Shown: positions 10,038 to 20,318 of the stretch, piece after piece
Layout: every line of letters begins with the position of its first letter
Position numbering within the stretch: the stretch's first letter is position 1
Assembly (NCBI GenBank): GCA_036265325.1
Contig: DATAPH010000023.1
Span: forward strand, 32,264 to 96,263
Source of the DNA: Actinomycetota bacterium
Lineage (GTDB): Bacteria; Actinomycetota; UBA4738; HRBIN12
Reading direction: 5' to 3'
DNA length: 64,000 nucleotides
Program-made: the position numbers and the translations under genes
Notes under the pieces: model-generated
What the model was told of the DNA's origin: nothing
Databases searched by the model: none
The model's input: only the letters and a program-made list of their open reading frames with translations

Positions 10038-11221
10038 ATGACGCGGCAGATCGGGGCACCTGGCGGCTGATCGCTGCCCGCGACTTCTGGGTGCGGCTGC
10101 GCGAGCGGAGTTTCCTGATCTCGACGCTGCTGAACGTCGGGGTTATCTCGGTGTTGGTGCTGGTTCGCGCGAGCGGTGGGTTCGGCGGCCCGCCCTCGTT
10201 CGATCTTGGCGTCGTCGGCGGCCCCGACGTGTTGGCTGTGGCCAACGCGGCCGCGTCCCTCGGCCACGACGGCGGCGTGAGCGTCCGTGTCCGTCCGTAC
10301 CCGGATCGAGCCGCCGCCGATGCCGCGCTGCGCGATGGTTCGGTCGACGCGGTCGTAACCGCCACGGAGCTCTACGGCCTCGAGTCCGTGGATGGCCGGT
10401 TGCAGGCGCTCGTCCAAACGAGCGCGCACCAGGCGGCGGTCGACGCGGTGTTCGCGAAGCACCATGTTCCCGAGGCTCAGCGCGAGGCCGCGAGCAAGAC
10501 GGACCCGCTGCAACTTGGCGCGTTGCAACCCGCGCCGCCCGATAGGCAGAGCGATGCCGGGGTCGCGTTCATCGGGGTGCTCCTCTTGTACGGCCAGCTG
10601 TTCGGCTACGGCTTGTGGGTCGCGACCGGGGTGATCGAGGAGAAGGCCTCGCGGATCGTCGAGATGCTCTTGTCGGCGGTCCGGCCCCGGCAGCTGCTGG
10701 CCGGCAAGATCATCGGTATCGGCGTGCTCGGCCTTGCGCAGCTGATCACCATCGCCGGGTTCGCCATCGTGCTCGCGCTCGCGACCCACGCACAGACGGT
10801 CCCGAGCACGGCCATCTGGACGGCGCTGCTCGTGATCGGCTGGTTCATCCTCGGCTACGCGTTCTACGCCTCGCTGTTCGCGGCGGCGGGGTCCCTCGTC
10901 TCGCGCATGGAAGAGTTGCAGAACGTGATCGTGCCGATAAACCTCACGATCCTCGTGTCGTTCATCATCTCGATCGGCTCGTTGCAGGATCCGAACTCGA
11001 CGCTCGCGATCGTGGCGTCGATCCTGCCGGTGAGCTCGGCGCTCGCGATGCCCGTCCGGATCGTGCTCGGCGCCGCGAGCGGGTGGCAGATCGCGCTGTC
11101 GCTGGCGCTCTTGATCGGCAGCGCCGTTGCGCTCGTGCCGGTCGGCGCGCGGCTGTACGCCGGGGCGGTGCTCCGTACAGGGTCGCGCGTCAAGCTCCGG
11201 GACGCCTGGCGCGCCACCTGA
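10034..11221 (+). CDS. ABC-2 family transporter permease
   Basis: Six hydrophobic helices (FIGVLLLYGQLFGYGLWVATGVIEEKASRIVEMLL typical ABC-2 segment). GTG start overlaps the ATPase stop (GTGA). Confidence 0.65.
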   Translation: MNDAADRGTWRLIAARDFWVRLRERSFLISTLLNVGVISVLVLVRASGGFGGPPSFDLGVVGGPDVLAVANAAASLGHDGGVSVRVRPYPDRAAADAALRDGSVDAVVTATELYGLESVDGRLQALVQTSAHQAAVDAVFAKHHVPEAQREAASKTDPLQLGALQPAPPDRQSDAGVAFIGVLLLYGQLFGYGLWVATGVIEEKASRIVEMLLSAVRPRQLLAGKIIGIGVLGLAQLITIAGFAIVLALATHAQTVPSTAIWTALLVIGWFILGYAFYASLFAAAGSLVSRMEELQNVIVPINLTILVSFIISIGSLQDPNSTLAIVASILPVSSALAMPVRIVLGAASGWQIALSLALLIGSAVALVPVGARLYAGAVLRTGSRVKLRDAWRAT

Positions 11222-11259
11222 CCGACACTGGAACGCTCCGCGCGGGTACCGTGCACGGC

Positions 11260-12123
11260 ATGGGCGGCGGCGTGACCACGGCGAACCTTCGGCACGCGGC
11301 CGGCATGCTCCGGTTCGGCCGCAACCCTGCGGCCACCGTGTATGACTCGATCGGCCCGGACTTCTTCCTCGCGCTGGACGATGGGTGGCTGAACCTCGGG
11401 CTGTGGGAAGGCGACGGCAGCGACCCGAGCGAGGCGGCGACCGCCGTCCGCCGGCTGGTCACACGCATGGCGCACGACCTCCCGACCGGCGGCGACGTGC
11501 TCGACGTCGGCAACGGCCTCGCCGCGCAGGACCCGCTTATCGCGACCGTGTCGCAGGCGCGCAGCCTGACCGCGCTCAACATCACACTGTCGCAACTCCG
11601 CGCCGGTCGTGCACGTCTGGCCTCCGTGCTGGCGAACCCGGTCAACGGGGACGCGAGCCGCATGCCCTTCGCCGCCGAGACCTTCGACGGCGTGATCAGC
11701 GTCGAGGCCGCGTTCCACTTCCCGTCGCGACCGCGGTTCTTCGCCGAGGCGTTCCGCGTGCTGCGGCCCGGCGGCGTGCTGACCTTCAGCGACGTGCCGG
11801 TGTTGCGGTTCCCGGCGACGCCGCGCGAGATGTTCGCGGGCATCGCGATGCTCCGACTGTGGGGGATCCGTGCCCACGCCGCCGCGACGCCGTTGGAGAT
11901 CGAGCGGCAGGTGTCGGCGGCCGGGTTCGACGACGTGCGGACCTCGCTCGACGGCGCGCACGTGATCGCCCCGGCGTTCCGGTCAGTGCATGAACGGCTG
12001 AACGAGCCCAGCGCCGCAAGCCTGCCGGAGCGCCTCGCAGCCCGGACGATGCTGCGCGAGGCCGAGGTGCTGTGGGACCACGGCGTGCTCGAGTACCTGT
12101 TCCTCGCGGCGCGCAAGCGGTAA
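11260..12123 (+). CDS. Class I SAM-dependent methyltransferase
   Basis: VLDVGNGLAAQ (motif I variant), GGVLTFSDV (post-I) motifs. Follows the ABC permease on the same strand. Confidence 0.65.
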   Translation: MGGGVTTANLRHAAGMLRFGRNPAATVYDSIGPDFFLALDDGWLNLGLWEGDGSDPSEAATAVRRLVTRMAHDLPTGGDVLDVGNGLAAQDPLIATVSQARSLTALNITLSQLRAGRARLASVLANPVNGDASRMPFAAETFDGVISVEAAFHFPSRPRFFAEAFRVLRPGGVLTFSDVPVLRFPATPREMFAGIAMLRLWGIRAHAAATPLEIERQVSAAGFDDVRTSLDGAHVIAPAFRSVHERLNEPSAASLPERLAARTMLREAEVLWDHGVLEYLFLAARKR

Positions 12124-12151
12124 CGCGCGATGCGCCCGCTGCCGGACGGCG

Positions 12152-13798
12152 TCAGTCGGTCGCGAAAACCCGGCGGAACGACGGCAACGGGATCTCGCCG
12201 AGCTCGAGGACCCGATCGTGGAAATCGCGCAGTGAGAAGTCGGCCCCCAGGCGCGCTGATTCTGACTCCCGAGCCCGCTGGATCTCGATCATCCCTGTCA
12301 TGTAGCAAAGCGCCTGGCCGGGCATGCCGATGTACCGGTCGATCTCGATGCCGGCGTCCGTCCGCATCTGACCGCTCTCGATCAACGTCGCCACGGCCTG
12401 CTCGCGGGTCCAGCCGAGCGCGTGGATCCCCGAGTCGGTCACGAGCCGCGCGGCGCGCAGCGCTTGGTTCTCGAGCATCCCCATCCGCTCCCAGCCGTCG
12501 AGGTAGAGGCCCATCTCATCGGCGAGGCGTTCGGCATAGAGCCCCCATCCCTCGGCGAACGCCGCGGCAGCCAGCGTCGCGCCGAACCGGCGGAGCGGCG
12601 GCCGCTCCGGCATCTCCTGTTGGAGCGCGAGCTGGAAGTGATGGCCGGGGTTCGCCTCGTGGTACGTGACGCTCGCGACGTGGTGCAGCGCCCGGTCGGC
12701 GAGGTCGTAACAGTTGATGTAGTAGATGCCGGCGCGAGAGCCGTCGTCGGTCGGGGGGTAGTAGAACGCCATCGGCTCGTCGGCCTCGCGGAACTCCTCC
12801 ACGCGGCGGACCTCGCAGTTGGCGGAGGGAAGCCGGCCGAAGTACATCGGCGCGAGGTCCCAGCTGCGTTGCACCTGGTCCTCGGCGAGCGCGACGAGCT
12901 GCTCGGGCGTGGTCGCCGTATTGGCACCCGACGCCACATGGGCGGCGACCGCGCTGGCCGCATCGTCGAAGCCGAGCTCCGCCGCGAGCGCCCTGCGCTC
13001 TTCATTGATCGCGTTGAGCCTGTCGACGCCGAGCTGGTGAACCTCACGTGGATCGAGGGGGAGCGACGTCCACCCGAGGACCTCGGCGGCGTACATGCCG
13101 TCGCCGCCGGGGAGCGCGGAGATCCCGATGCTCTCCGTCGCCGCGGGCAGGTAGTCGTCGAGGAGCACCCGACGGAACGCGGCGAGCGACGGCTGGACCG
13201 CGTCGGCGACCGCGGTCGCGATCGTCTCGCGCGCGTCGCCCTCTGCACCGACGGCGACGGGGGACTGGTCCGGCGGCAGCTCCAACAGACGATCGACCTG
13301 TCCGAGGGTGCGCTCCGCGACGACGCGCGGCGCCGTGACCTGCTTGGCGACGCCCTCGCGCAAGAGGTCGATCGATGCGTCGAGGTACGCCGGGAACGCG
13401 CGCAGGCGCGCGTCGAGCCGGGCGACACGCTCGGGCGTGTCGGCGCGCTGCAGCGTCGCGATCTGCCCGAGCGTCGACACGGCGCCGTTCATGTGGTTGG
13501 CGACGTCGAGGAGGTCGAGGCGATGCTCGAGGCGCGCCAGCACGCGGCTGCAGATCGCTTCGTAGATGTCGGCGGTGAGCTGCCGTGCCTCATCGAGTTC
13601 GGCACGATCGAGGTCGGCCAGCTGCTGGAGCCCGGCGCGCGCGGCGGTTTCCTCGGCCGATCGCCCGGCCTCGGACGGGTCGCCCAGCCGGTCGTCGTAC
13701 CGTTCGTCGCCCACGAAGGTTCCGATCAGCGGCTCCCGCTCGAGCAAGCCCTCCCACGCCTCGTTGGTCAGCTGATCGAACCGCTCTTCCGTCTGCAC
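12152..13798 (-). CDS. DUF885 family protein
   Basis: HEANPGHHFQ and WGLYAERL motifs characteristic of DUF885. Confidence 0.7.
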   Translation of the reverse strand: MQTEERFDQLTNEAWEGLLEREPLIGTFVGDERYDDRLGDPSEAGRSAEETAARAGLQQLADLDRAELDEARQLTADIYEAICSRVLARLEHRLDLLDVANHMNGAVSTLGQIATLQRADTPERVARLDARLRAFPAYLDASIDLLREGVAKQVTAPRVVAERTLGQVDRLLELPPDQSPVAVGAEGDARETIATAVADAVQPSLAAFRRVLLDDYLPAATESIGISALPGGDGMYAAEVLGWTSLPLDPREVHQLGVDRLNAINEERRALAAELGFDDAASAVAAHVASGANTATTPEQLVALAEDQVQRSWDLAPMYFGRLPSANCEVRRVEEFREADEPMAFYYPPTDDGSRAGIYYINCYDLADRALHHVASVTYHEANPGHHFQLALQQEMPERPPLRRFGATLAAAAFAEGWGLYAERLADEMGLYLDGWERMGMLENQALRAARLVTDSGIHALGWTREQAVATLIESGQMRTDAGIEIDRYIGMPGQALCYMTGMIEIQRARESESARLGADFSLRDFHDRVLELGEIPLPSFRRVFATD

Positions 13799-13873
13799 GA
13801 TCGGCGTCCTTTCGTCCGTGGCCTGTCCCGCGGTCAGCCGGCCGGCCGGATCAGTTGTGCCCCGACCGGGGGT

Positions 13874-14596
13874 TCACAAGAGCCCAAGCGTACCGGCGCC
13901 GTCGACCTGAAGCGCGACACCCGACAGGAACCCCGTGTGCACCGAGCACAGGAACGCCGCGATCCTGCCGAAGTCTGCCGGATCGCCCGTCGGCCCGGTG
14001 TGACCGAGGGCACGCACGCGGTCGGTGTCGTGCAGACCGGGGGCGAGGACGTTCAGCGTGATGCCGTCGGCGATCAGGTCGCGCGCGGCGCTCTTGGCCC
14101 ACGCCCATAGGCCGGTCCTGGCGGCGCTCGACGCTGCCAGGTCCGGGATCGGCTCCTTGATCGCCACCGAGGTGAGCAGGACGATCCTGCCCCAGCCCCC
14201 GTCTCGCATGTGCGGAACCGCCGCCCGCACGAGTCTCACGGACGTGAGGAGGTTCTCTTCGACCGCGTCGAGCAGGGCGTCGTCGGTCACCTCGAGGGCG
14301 CGTGCACGCGGCGGCCCGGGGGCGTTAGCGACCAGGATGTCGATCCGACCGAACCGCTCGACCGTCGATGCGACGAGCGCAGCGGGCGGCTCGGCGCCGG
14401 TGACGTCGGCTGGCAACGACAGGACGTCGCCGCCGATCGCCGCCGCGGCCTCGTCGAGCCGTGCCGGGTCGTGGCTGTTGATCGCGACGTGACAGCCTTC
14501 GTCCGACAGCGCCTTCGCGCACGCGAACCCGAGGCCGGCCGACGCAGCCGTGACGAGCGCGACCCTTCCCTCGATCCCGAGATCCATCGCTCGCAT
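13874..14596 (-). CDS. SDR family oxidoreductase
   Basis: GRVALVTAASAGLG Rossmann motif. NAPG. Catalytic tetrad region. Confidence 0.8.
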   Translation of the reverse strand: MRAMDLGIEGRVALVTAASAGLGFACAKALSDEGCHVAINSHDPARLDEAAAAIGGDVLSLPADVTGAEPPAALVASTVERFGRIDILVANAPGPPRARALEVTDDALLDAVEENLLTSVRLVRAAVPHMRDGGWGRIVLLTSVAIKEPIPDLAASSAARTGLWAWAKSAARDLIADGITLNVLAPGLHDTDRVRALGHTGPTGDPADFGRIAAFLCSVHTGFLSGVALQVDGAGTLGLL

Positions 14597-14648
14597 GCTA
14601 GTCCGGCGTCGTTGCGGCCCCTTTCAGCCGAGGCTAGGCTGCCCGACC

Positions 14649-15437
14649 ATGTTGCTCGACGGCAAGAAGCTCCTGATCACCGGCGTGCTGACCCCGCAGT
14701 CGATCGCGTTCGCAGCGGCCACGTCCGCACAGGAGCACGGCGCCGAGATCGTCCTGACCAACTTCGGCCGCGCCGTCAGCCTCACCCAGAAGGTCGCGAA
14801 GCGGCTCCCGCAACCGTGCGACGTGTTGGAGATGGACGTGAACGACGAGACGCAGATCGACGCGGTCCAGGAGGAGCTGGCGTCGCGATGGGGCCGCGTC
14901 GACGGGATCTTGCACGCGATCGCGTTCGCGCCGCAGGACGCGCTCGGCGGCAACTTCCTCAACACGCCGTGGGATTCCGTCGCCACCGCGGTGCAGACGA
15001 GCGCGTTTTCGCTGAAGGCGGTCGCCGTCGGACTGCTGCCGTTGATGCGGGAGCACGGCGGCTCGGTCGTGTCGCTCGACTTCGACGGGCAGGTGGCGTG
15101 GCCGGTCTACGACTGGATGGGCGTCGCGAAGGCCGGCCTGGAGGCCGTGACGAGGTACCTCGCGCGCGACCTCGGCTCGATGGGCATCCGCGTGAACACG
15201 GTGAGCGCGGGACCGATCAGAACGATGGCCGGCAAAGGGATCCCTGGCTTCGACGAGATCACCGGGTCGTGGGGTGACCGCGCGCCGCTCGGCTGGGACG
15301 CGCAGGATCCTAGGCCCGTCGGCGACACCGTCACATTCCTGTTCTCCGACCTCGCGCGGGGGATCACCGGCGAGCTGATCCACGTCGACGGCGGGTTCCA
15401 TGCGATCGGCACGACGCCGGTCGAGGCGCGGAACTAG
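14649..15437 (+). CDS. fabI: Enoyl-[acyl-carrier-protein] reductase (NADH), InhA/FabI type
   Basis: MLLDGKKLLITGVLTPQSIAF start is nearly identical to the InhA N-terminus. 263 aa. Divergent from the SDR gene. Confidence 0.8.
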   Translation: MLLDGKKLLITGVLTPQSIAFAAATSAQEHGAEIVLTNFGRAVSLTQKVAKRLPQPCDVLEMDVNDETQIDAVQEELASRWGRVDGILHAIAFAPQDALGGNFLNTPWDSVATAVQTSAFSLKAVAVGLLPLMREHGGSVVSLDFDGQVAWPVYDWMGVAKAGLEAVTRYLARDLGSMGIRVNTVSAGPIRTMAGKGIPGFDEITGSWGDRAPLGWDAQDPRPVGDTVTFLFSDLARGITGELIHVDGGFHAIGTTPVEARN

Positions 15438-17263
15438 CGGGCGTCGACCTCAACGGCGAGCGCCTGCTGCTCGCGACGGATCGCCCGGAACGCCTCGCGC
15501 AGGCCGCTGCGCTCGATCGACCCGAGGTCGTGCGGATCGACGAAGTCGTCGACGGTCACGTCGGCCCGAACCTGCGCCGCCTGATGCCGGAGGCGCAGAT
15601 CGAGCAGGAACCGGAACGCTTCGTCGAGCTCCGTGGCCGACAACGGGTCGAGCGTGCCGCCGCGGGCGGCGGCAGCGAGCCGCCCGAGCGTGTCCTTCGC
15701 CGTCGCTCCGGCGGCGACGGCGCGCGCGCGAGCGATCGACGTGATGATCGTGACGCCGCCGTGCTTGAGGTCGAGCGTGCCTCGATGCTCGCCTTTGGAC
15801 GCCACGACGAGATGCCGCACGAACCCGGTCGGCGGCTCGTGGCGAAGCGCTCCCTTGGTGAGTAGACGCGCGAACCCGGGGTTCGTCCGCGCCTCGGCCA
15901 CGGCCGCGTCGAGCGCGTCGTCCGCCGGCAGCGATCCCGCGACCGTGCGGAAGTCGAAGCCGATGGAGGACAGGATCATCCCGTCCGCGTCGGGTTGCCG
16001 GATCCACGTCCGGAACCGCTCCTGCCACGTGGTCAGCGGCGCTCGCATCGCCGAGTGGACCGCCATGGCATCGCCGTGGCATCGCGGGAACCCGATCGCC
16101 TCGAGTCCGGCCGTCACGCGCTCGGCGAGGGCCCTGAAGTACGCGTCGTGTTCGTCCGGATCGAATCCTGGGCCGAGCGCGAGCGCGTGATCTTGGTCAG
16201 CGTCGAGCGCGGGTTCGCGTCGGGCGGCGCTGCCCAGGGCAACCCACCCGAACGCGCACGGCGCGTCACCGAGCTCATCGCACGCGAGCTTCACGAGCCG
16301 CTCGGTGGCCGCCTCGATGATGATCGCGACGATCCGGCAGACGTCGATCGGATCCGTCCCCGCATCGACCAAGGCCGCGACAACACGTGGGTACGTTCGC
16401 GTCGCGTCGATGACCGCGTCGACCGTTGCTGCCCGGTCGATCGCGCCGCGCATCGAGAATGCGTTGCCGTCCTCGAGGCCCATCAGATCGGTGTCCGTGA
16501 CGACGCCGATCAAGCGGCCATCCTCGTCGACGGGGAGGTGGTGGATCCCCTTCGCGAGCATCATCAGGATCGCTTCGCCCGCCGGCATCGATGCCGGCGC
16601 GCGCAGGACCGGCTGCGTCGCAACGCCGAGAGCGGCACCGTCGAATGAACCGCGGGCGGCCACGACCTTGCTGCGGAGATCTCGGTCGGTGACGATCGCT
16701 TCGGTGGCGCCGCCCTGCAGCACCAGGCTGGACACGCGCGCGTCACGCATCACCGTCGCCGCCTCGGCGACCGTGATGCTCGGGTCGGCGGTGACGAGCG
16801 GCCGGCGGACCAGGGAGCCGATCCGCGCGAAGCGCGGATCGGCGGCGCGCGCCGACCGCGCGACCGCGTCGGCAGCGCGGATGCGCTGCCGCGCGATGGC
16901 CCAGACCGTGGCCACCCCGCTGGGGCCGCCGAAGACCCGGCGCGCCACGTCCGCGGGGATCAGGTAGCTCAACGTGTCTTCGACCGCGCGCACCGTCATC
17001 GAGGGTGGTTGCTTCGACATCGCGGAGAGGAATCCGAAGGTGTCACCGGGCTCGAGCTGGTCCACGAGGACGTCCCCGGTGACGAGCTCCAACGCGCCCT
17101 TGCGGATCACGCCGACCGCGTCGGCGACCGCGCCCCCTTCGGTCAGGACCGTCTCGCCCGCGGGTGTGAAGACGATCTCGAGCGACCCACCGACGCGCTC
17201 GAGCGCGTCGGCTTCGAGCTCAGAGAACGGGTGATACTGACGCAGGAACTCGAGCGGTTGCAC
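15434..17263 (-). CDS. Signal-transduction protein with cNMP-binding domain, CBS pair and DUF294 nucleotidyltransferase / DUF294_C domains
   Basis: N-terminal cNMP-binding fold (GDTFGFLSAM), two CBS modules, C-terminal DUF294-like region. 4-bp convergent overlap with fabI. Confidence 0.8.
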   Translation of the reverse strand: MQPLEFLRQYHPFSELEADALERVGGSLEIVFTPAGETVLTEGGAVADAVGVIRKGALELVTGDVLVDQLEPGDTFGFLSAMSKQPPSMTVRAVEDTLSYLIPADVARRVFGGPSGVATVWAIARQRIRAADAVARSARAADPRFARIGSLVRRPLVTADPSITVAEAATVMRDARVSSLVLQGGATEAIVTDRDLRSKVVAARGSFDGAALGVATQPVLRAPASMPAGEAILMMLAKGIHHLPVDEDGRLIGVVTDTDLMGLEDGNAFSMRGAIDRAATVDAVIDATRTYPRVVAALVDAGTDPIDVCRIVAIIIEAATERLVKLACDELGDAPCAFGWVALGSAARREPALDADQDHALALGPGFDPDEHDAYFRALAERVTAGLEAIGFPRCHGDAMAVHSAMRAPLTTWQERFRTWIRQPDADGMILSSIGFDFRTVAGSLPADDALDAAVAEARTNPGFARLLTKGALRHEPPTGFVRHLVVASKGEHRGTLDLKHGGVTIITSIARARAVAAGATAKDTLGRLAAAARGGTLDPLSATELDEAFRFLLDLRLRHQAAQVRADVTVDDFVDPHDLGSIERSGLREAFRAIRREQQALAVEVDAR

Positions 17264-17308
17264 CGGCAGCAGTATCGCCCGCTGCGGCTACACTCGCGCG
17301 CGTCTCCC

Positions 17309-17911
17309 ATGCCGCGAACCCGTTCGTTCCTGCCTTGCTTGCTGCTGGTCGTGGCGGCGTGCACCGGCACGACGACCAGCACGGCCGCACCCTCGACGAC
17401 CACTCCAACGTCATCGGGATCCGGTGTCGATCCGCTCGTGCCGTATTCACCCTCGCCGACGCCCGACGCGGCGGCCACGTCCGGCTTCATCCCGGACACG
17501 CTGACCGCGACCACCGACGGTGGCGGGTCTATGCGGCTGACGCCGGTTACGACCACGATGACGATGGCGTACGTGCACGAGAGCCGCGCCTTCACCGTCT
17601 ATCTCACGGCGACGAACCCCGGCACGAACCCCTGGCGCGGCGCGATCGGCGCCGACGCGCAGATCGCCGACCTGAACGGCGCGGTGTTCCCGTCGACGAG
17701 GCCCGCGCCCGGCGACCTGCATCCGGATCCCGGCCGGTACGGTGGTTCGAACAGGTCGTTCGAACGGCCGGTCTCGATCGCGCCCGGCGCGTCGGCCAAG
17801 GGCGCGCTGGTGTTCCACGTGACCGGAGCCAACCGCCCGGTCACGCTGCGGATCAGCTTGGACGGCGGCACGACGTGGGTCGAGTGGGCGACCAACCTTG
17901 GCGTGTTCTGA
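17309..17911 (+). CDS. Putative lipoprotein (DUF4352-like)
   Basis: Lipobox LLLVVAAC. Thr/Ser-rich linker, then a beta-rich domain. Confidence 0.55.
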   Translation: MPRTRSFLPCLLLVVAACTGTTTSTAAPSTTTPTSSGSGVDPLVPYSPSPTPDAAATSGFIPDTLTATTDGGGSMRLTPVTTTMTMAYVHESRAFTVYLTATNPGTNPWRGAIGADAQIADLNGAVFPSTRPAPGDLHPDPGRYGGSNRSFERPVSIAPGASAKGALVFHVTGANRPVTLRISLDGGTTWVEWATNLGVF

Positions 17912-17925
17912 GGGGGTGTTCTGAG

Positions 17926-18972
17926 ATGGCGGTTGCGGATCCGATCCGGCTCACCAGCCTGAGCCACGGCGCCGGGTGCGCCTGCAAGCTCGGGCCGAGC
18001 CAATTGCACGACGTGCTCGAGCTCCTCGGTCCGTCGGTGCCGACCGACGACGTCATCGTGTCCGAGGCGAGCGGCGACGATGCGGCGGTCTATCGCCTGT
18101 CCGACGGCCGCGGGGCGATCGTCACCCTGGACTTCTTCACGCCACTCGTCGACGACCCGTTCGATTGGGGCCGGATCGCCGCCGCGAACGCGTTGAGCGA
18201 CGTCTACGCGATGGGCGGGATTCCCGCGCTCGCGCTGAACGTCGCCGGATGGCCCGTCGACGTGCTGCCGCTCGAAACGCTCGCCGACGTGCTTCGAGGC
18301 GGCCGGGCGATCGCCGACGCGGCGGGGATCGCGGTCGTCGGGGGCCACACGATCACGACCGAGAAGGAACCGCTGTACGGCATGGTCGGCGTGGGGTTCG
18401 CGCCGCTCGACGCGCTGATCCGCAACACCGAGGCACGCCCGGGCATGTCGCTCGTCCTCACCAAGCCGATCGGCGTGGGGATGATCTCGACCGCCGCCAA
18501 GCGCGGGGTCGCGACCGACGCGCAGCTCGCCGACGCGGTCGCCACGATGACGACACTGAACGATCGCGCCTCGCGCGCGGCCGTCGCGTCGCGCGTCCGC
18601 GCGGGCACCGACGTGACGGGGTTCGGGCTGCTCGGCCATCTGCGGAAGTTGCTCGAGGCGAGCGGCTGCGCCGCGACCGTCGACGCGAGCGCCGTTCCCC
18701 TATTGGACGGGGCGCTCGACCATGCGCGGCGCGACGTCGTGGCGGGCGGCACCAAACGGAACCACGCGTGGCTGCAACCCACCACGGACTGGGGCGCGTG
18801 TACGGCGCCGGAGCAACTCCTGCTCGCCGACGCGCAGACCAGCGGGGGGCTGCTGCTCGTGACTGCGGATGCCGACGCGTTGGTCGCTGCCGGCATCGGC
18901 GCGCATGTGATCGGCGTCACGAGCGAGGGCACACCAGGCGCGATCCACGTCACGGGCCGCCTGGCGACCTGA
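17926..18972 (+). CDS. selD: Selenide, water dikinase (selenophosphate synthetase), Cys-type
   Basis: LSHGAGCACKLGP N-terminal catalytic motif (Cys, not Sec; no in-frame TGA). PurM-like fold motifs (DVYAMGG, GGHT). Confidence 0.85.
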   Translation: MAVADPIRLTSLSHGAGCACKLGPSQLHDVLELLGPSVPTDDVIVSEASGDDAAVYRLSDGRGAIVTLDFFTPLVDDPFDWGRIAAANALSDVYAMGGIPALALNVAGWPVDVLPLETLADVLRGGRAIADAAGIAVVGGHTITTEKEPLYGMVGVGFAPLDALIRNTEARPGMSLVLTKPIGVGMISTAAKRGVATDAQLADAVATMTTLNDRASRAAVASRVRAGTDVTGFGLLGHLRKLLEASGCAATVDASAVPLLDGALDHARRDVVAGGTKRNHAWLQPTTDWGACTAPEQLLLADAQTSGGLLLVTADADALVAAGIGAHVIGVTSEGTPGAIHVTGRLAT

Positions 18973-19087
18973 CAGGCTCGCCGTGCGGTGCGTGCGGGTT
19001 CGTACGGGAATAGACGACCCCACTGGTAGCATTTGCACCTGCAACAGGCGCGACGCGCCTGGACCGCGACCCCTTCGGAGCGCAGGT

Positions 19088-19486
19088 GTGACCGAGCTGG
19101 ACGGCGTCTATCGCAAGGAGATCGTGGAGCACGGGCTCCGCGAGTTCCCCAACGAGTGCTGCGGCCTCATCGCCGCGCAGGATGGTGTGCCCGCCAAGGT
19201 CTTCACCATGCGGAACGCCGACGCGAGCCCCGTCACCTACCGACTGGACGGCGTGGAGCAGCTCCGCGTGTTCGACCAGATGGACGACGAGGGGCTCGAG
19301 CTGTGGGCGATCTACCACTCGCACACACACTCCGAGGCGTATCCGAGCGACACCGACGTGAAGCTCGCGTTCTACCCCGACGCCCGATACATCTTGGTGT
19401 CGCTCGCCGACCGCGCCGATCCGGTTCTGCGCTCGTTCTTCATCGTCGACGGCGAGGTCTCCGAGGAGGAGCTGACGATCACATGA
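19088..19486 (+). CDS. mec: JAMM/MPN+ metallopeptidase, Mec (CysO-cleaving) type
   Basis: E(x)nHSHTHSEAYPSDTD JAMM motif. GTG start with GGAG 7 nt upstream. Stop overlaps the moeB start (ATGA). Confidence 0.75.
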   Translation: MTELDGVYRKEIVEHGLREFPNECCGLIAAQDGVPAKVFTMRNADASPVTYRLDGVEQLRVFDQMDDEGLELWAIYHSHTHSEAYPSDTDVKLAFYPDARYILVSLADRADPVLRSFFIVDGEVSEEELTIT

Positions 19487-20304
19487 CGAAGCCGTTCACC
19501 GAGGAGCAGGTCCAGCGATACGCGCGGCACATCATCCTGCCCAACATCGGCGGGGCCGGACAGCGCAAGCTCCTGGACGCGAGCGTCCTCGTGATCGGCG
19601 CCGGCGGCCTCGGCTCGCCGATCGCGATGTATCTCGCCGCCGCCGGGATCGGGAAGCTCGGCGTCGTCGACTTTGACCGCGTCGACGTGTCGAACCTGCA
19701 GCGTCAGATCCTGCACACCGACGCCGACGTCGGCCGGTCGAAAGTCGGATCGGCGGTCGAGCACCTGCGCGCGATCAACCCGACCATCGACGTCGTCGGC
19801 CACGACACGTTGCTGTTCTCGACCAACGTGTTCGATATCTTCGACGGCTACGACGTGATCGTCGACGGCACCGACAACTTCCCCGTCCGCTACCTGGTGA
19901 ACGACGCGTGCCAGTTCATGGGCAAGCCACTCGTGTACGGCTCGATCTATCAGTTCGAAGGGCAGGCGACGATCTTCATGCCGGGACAGGAGACGCCGTG
20001 CTACCGGTGCTTGTTCCCGTCCCCGCCGCCGCCCGGGACCGTACCGAGCTGCGCCGAAGGTGGCGTGTTCGGTGTGCTGCCCGGCGTGATCGGCTCGATC
20101 CAGGCGACCGAGGCGATCAAGCTGATCACGGGGGAGGGGGAGACCCTCGAGGGGCGGCTCCTTCTCTACGACGCTCTGCACATGGACTTCCAGGAAGTGA
20201 AGATCCGCTGGGACGCGGACTGCCCGGTGTGCGGCAAGGAACCGACGATCACCGAGTTGATCGACTACGAGCAGTTCTGCGGCGTGCCCGCCCGACCCGA
20301 GTGA
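19483..20304 (+). CDS. MoeB/ThiF/HesA family E1-like adenylyltransferase (no rhodanese domain)
   Basis: GAGGLGSP nucleotide-binding motif. Two CxxC pairs (CYRC...CPVC). 273 aa. Confidence 0.85.
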   Translation: MTKPFTEEQVQRYARHIILPNIGGAGQRKLLDASVLVIGAGGLGSPIAMYLAAAGIGKLGVVDFDRVDVSNLQRQILHTDADVGRSKVGSAVEHLRAINPTIDVVGHDTLLFSTNVFDIFDGYDVIVDGTDNFPVRYLVNDACQFMGKPLVYGSIYQFEGQATIFMPGQETPCYRCLFPSPPPPGTVPSCAEGGVFGVLPGVIGSIQATEAIKLITGEGETLEGRLLLYDALHMDFQEVKIRWDADCPVCGKEPTITELIDYEQFCGVPARPE

Positions 20305-20318
20305 GAGGTGCTGAACCG

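Noticed and set aside
17926-18972. Possible selenocysteine (TGA) recoding in selD
   Set aside because: The catalytic residue is encoded as Cys (GCACK). No in-frame TGA, so this is not a selenoprotein gene.
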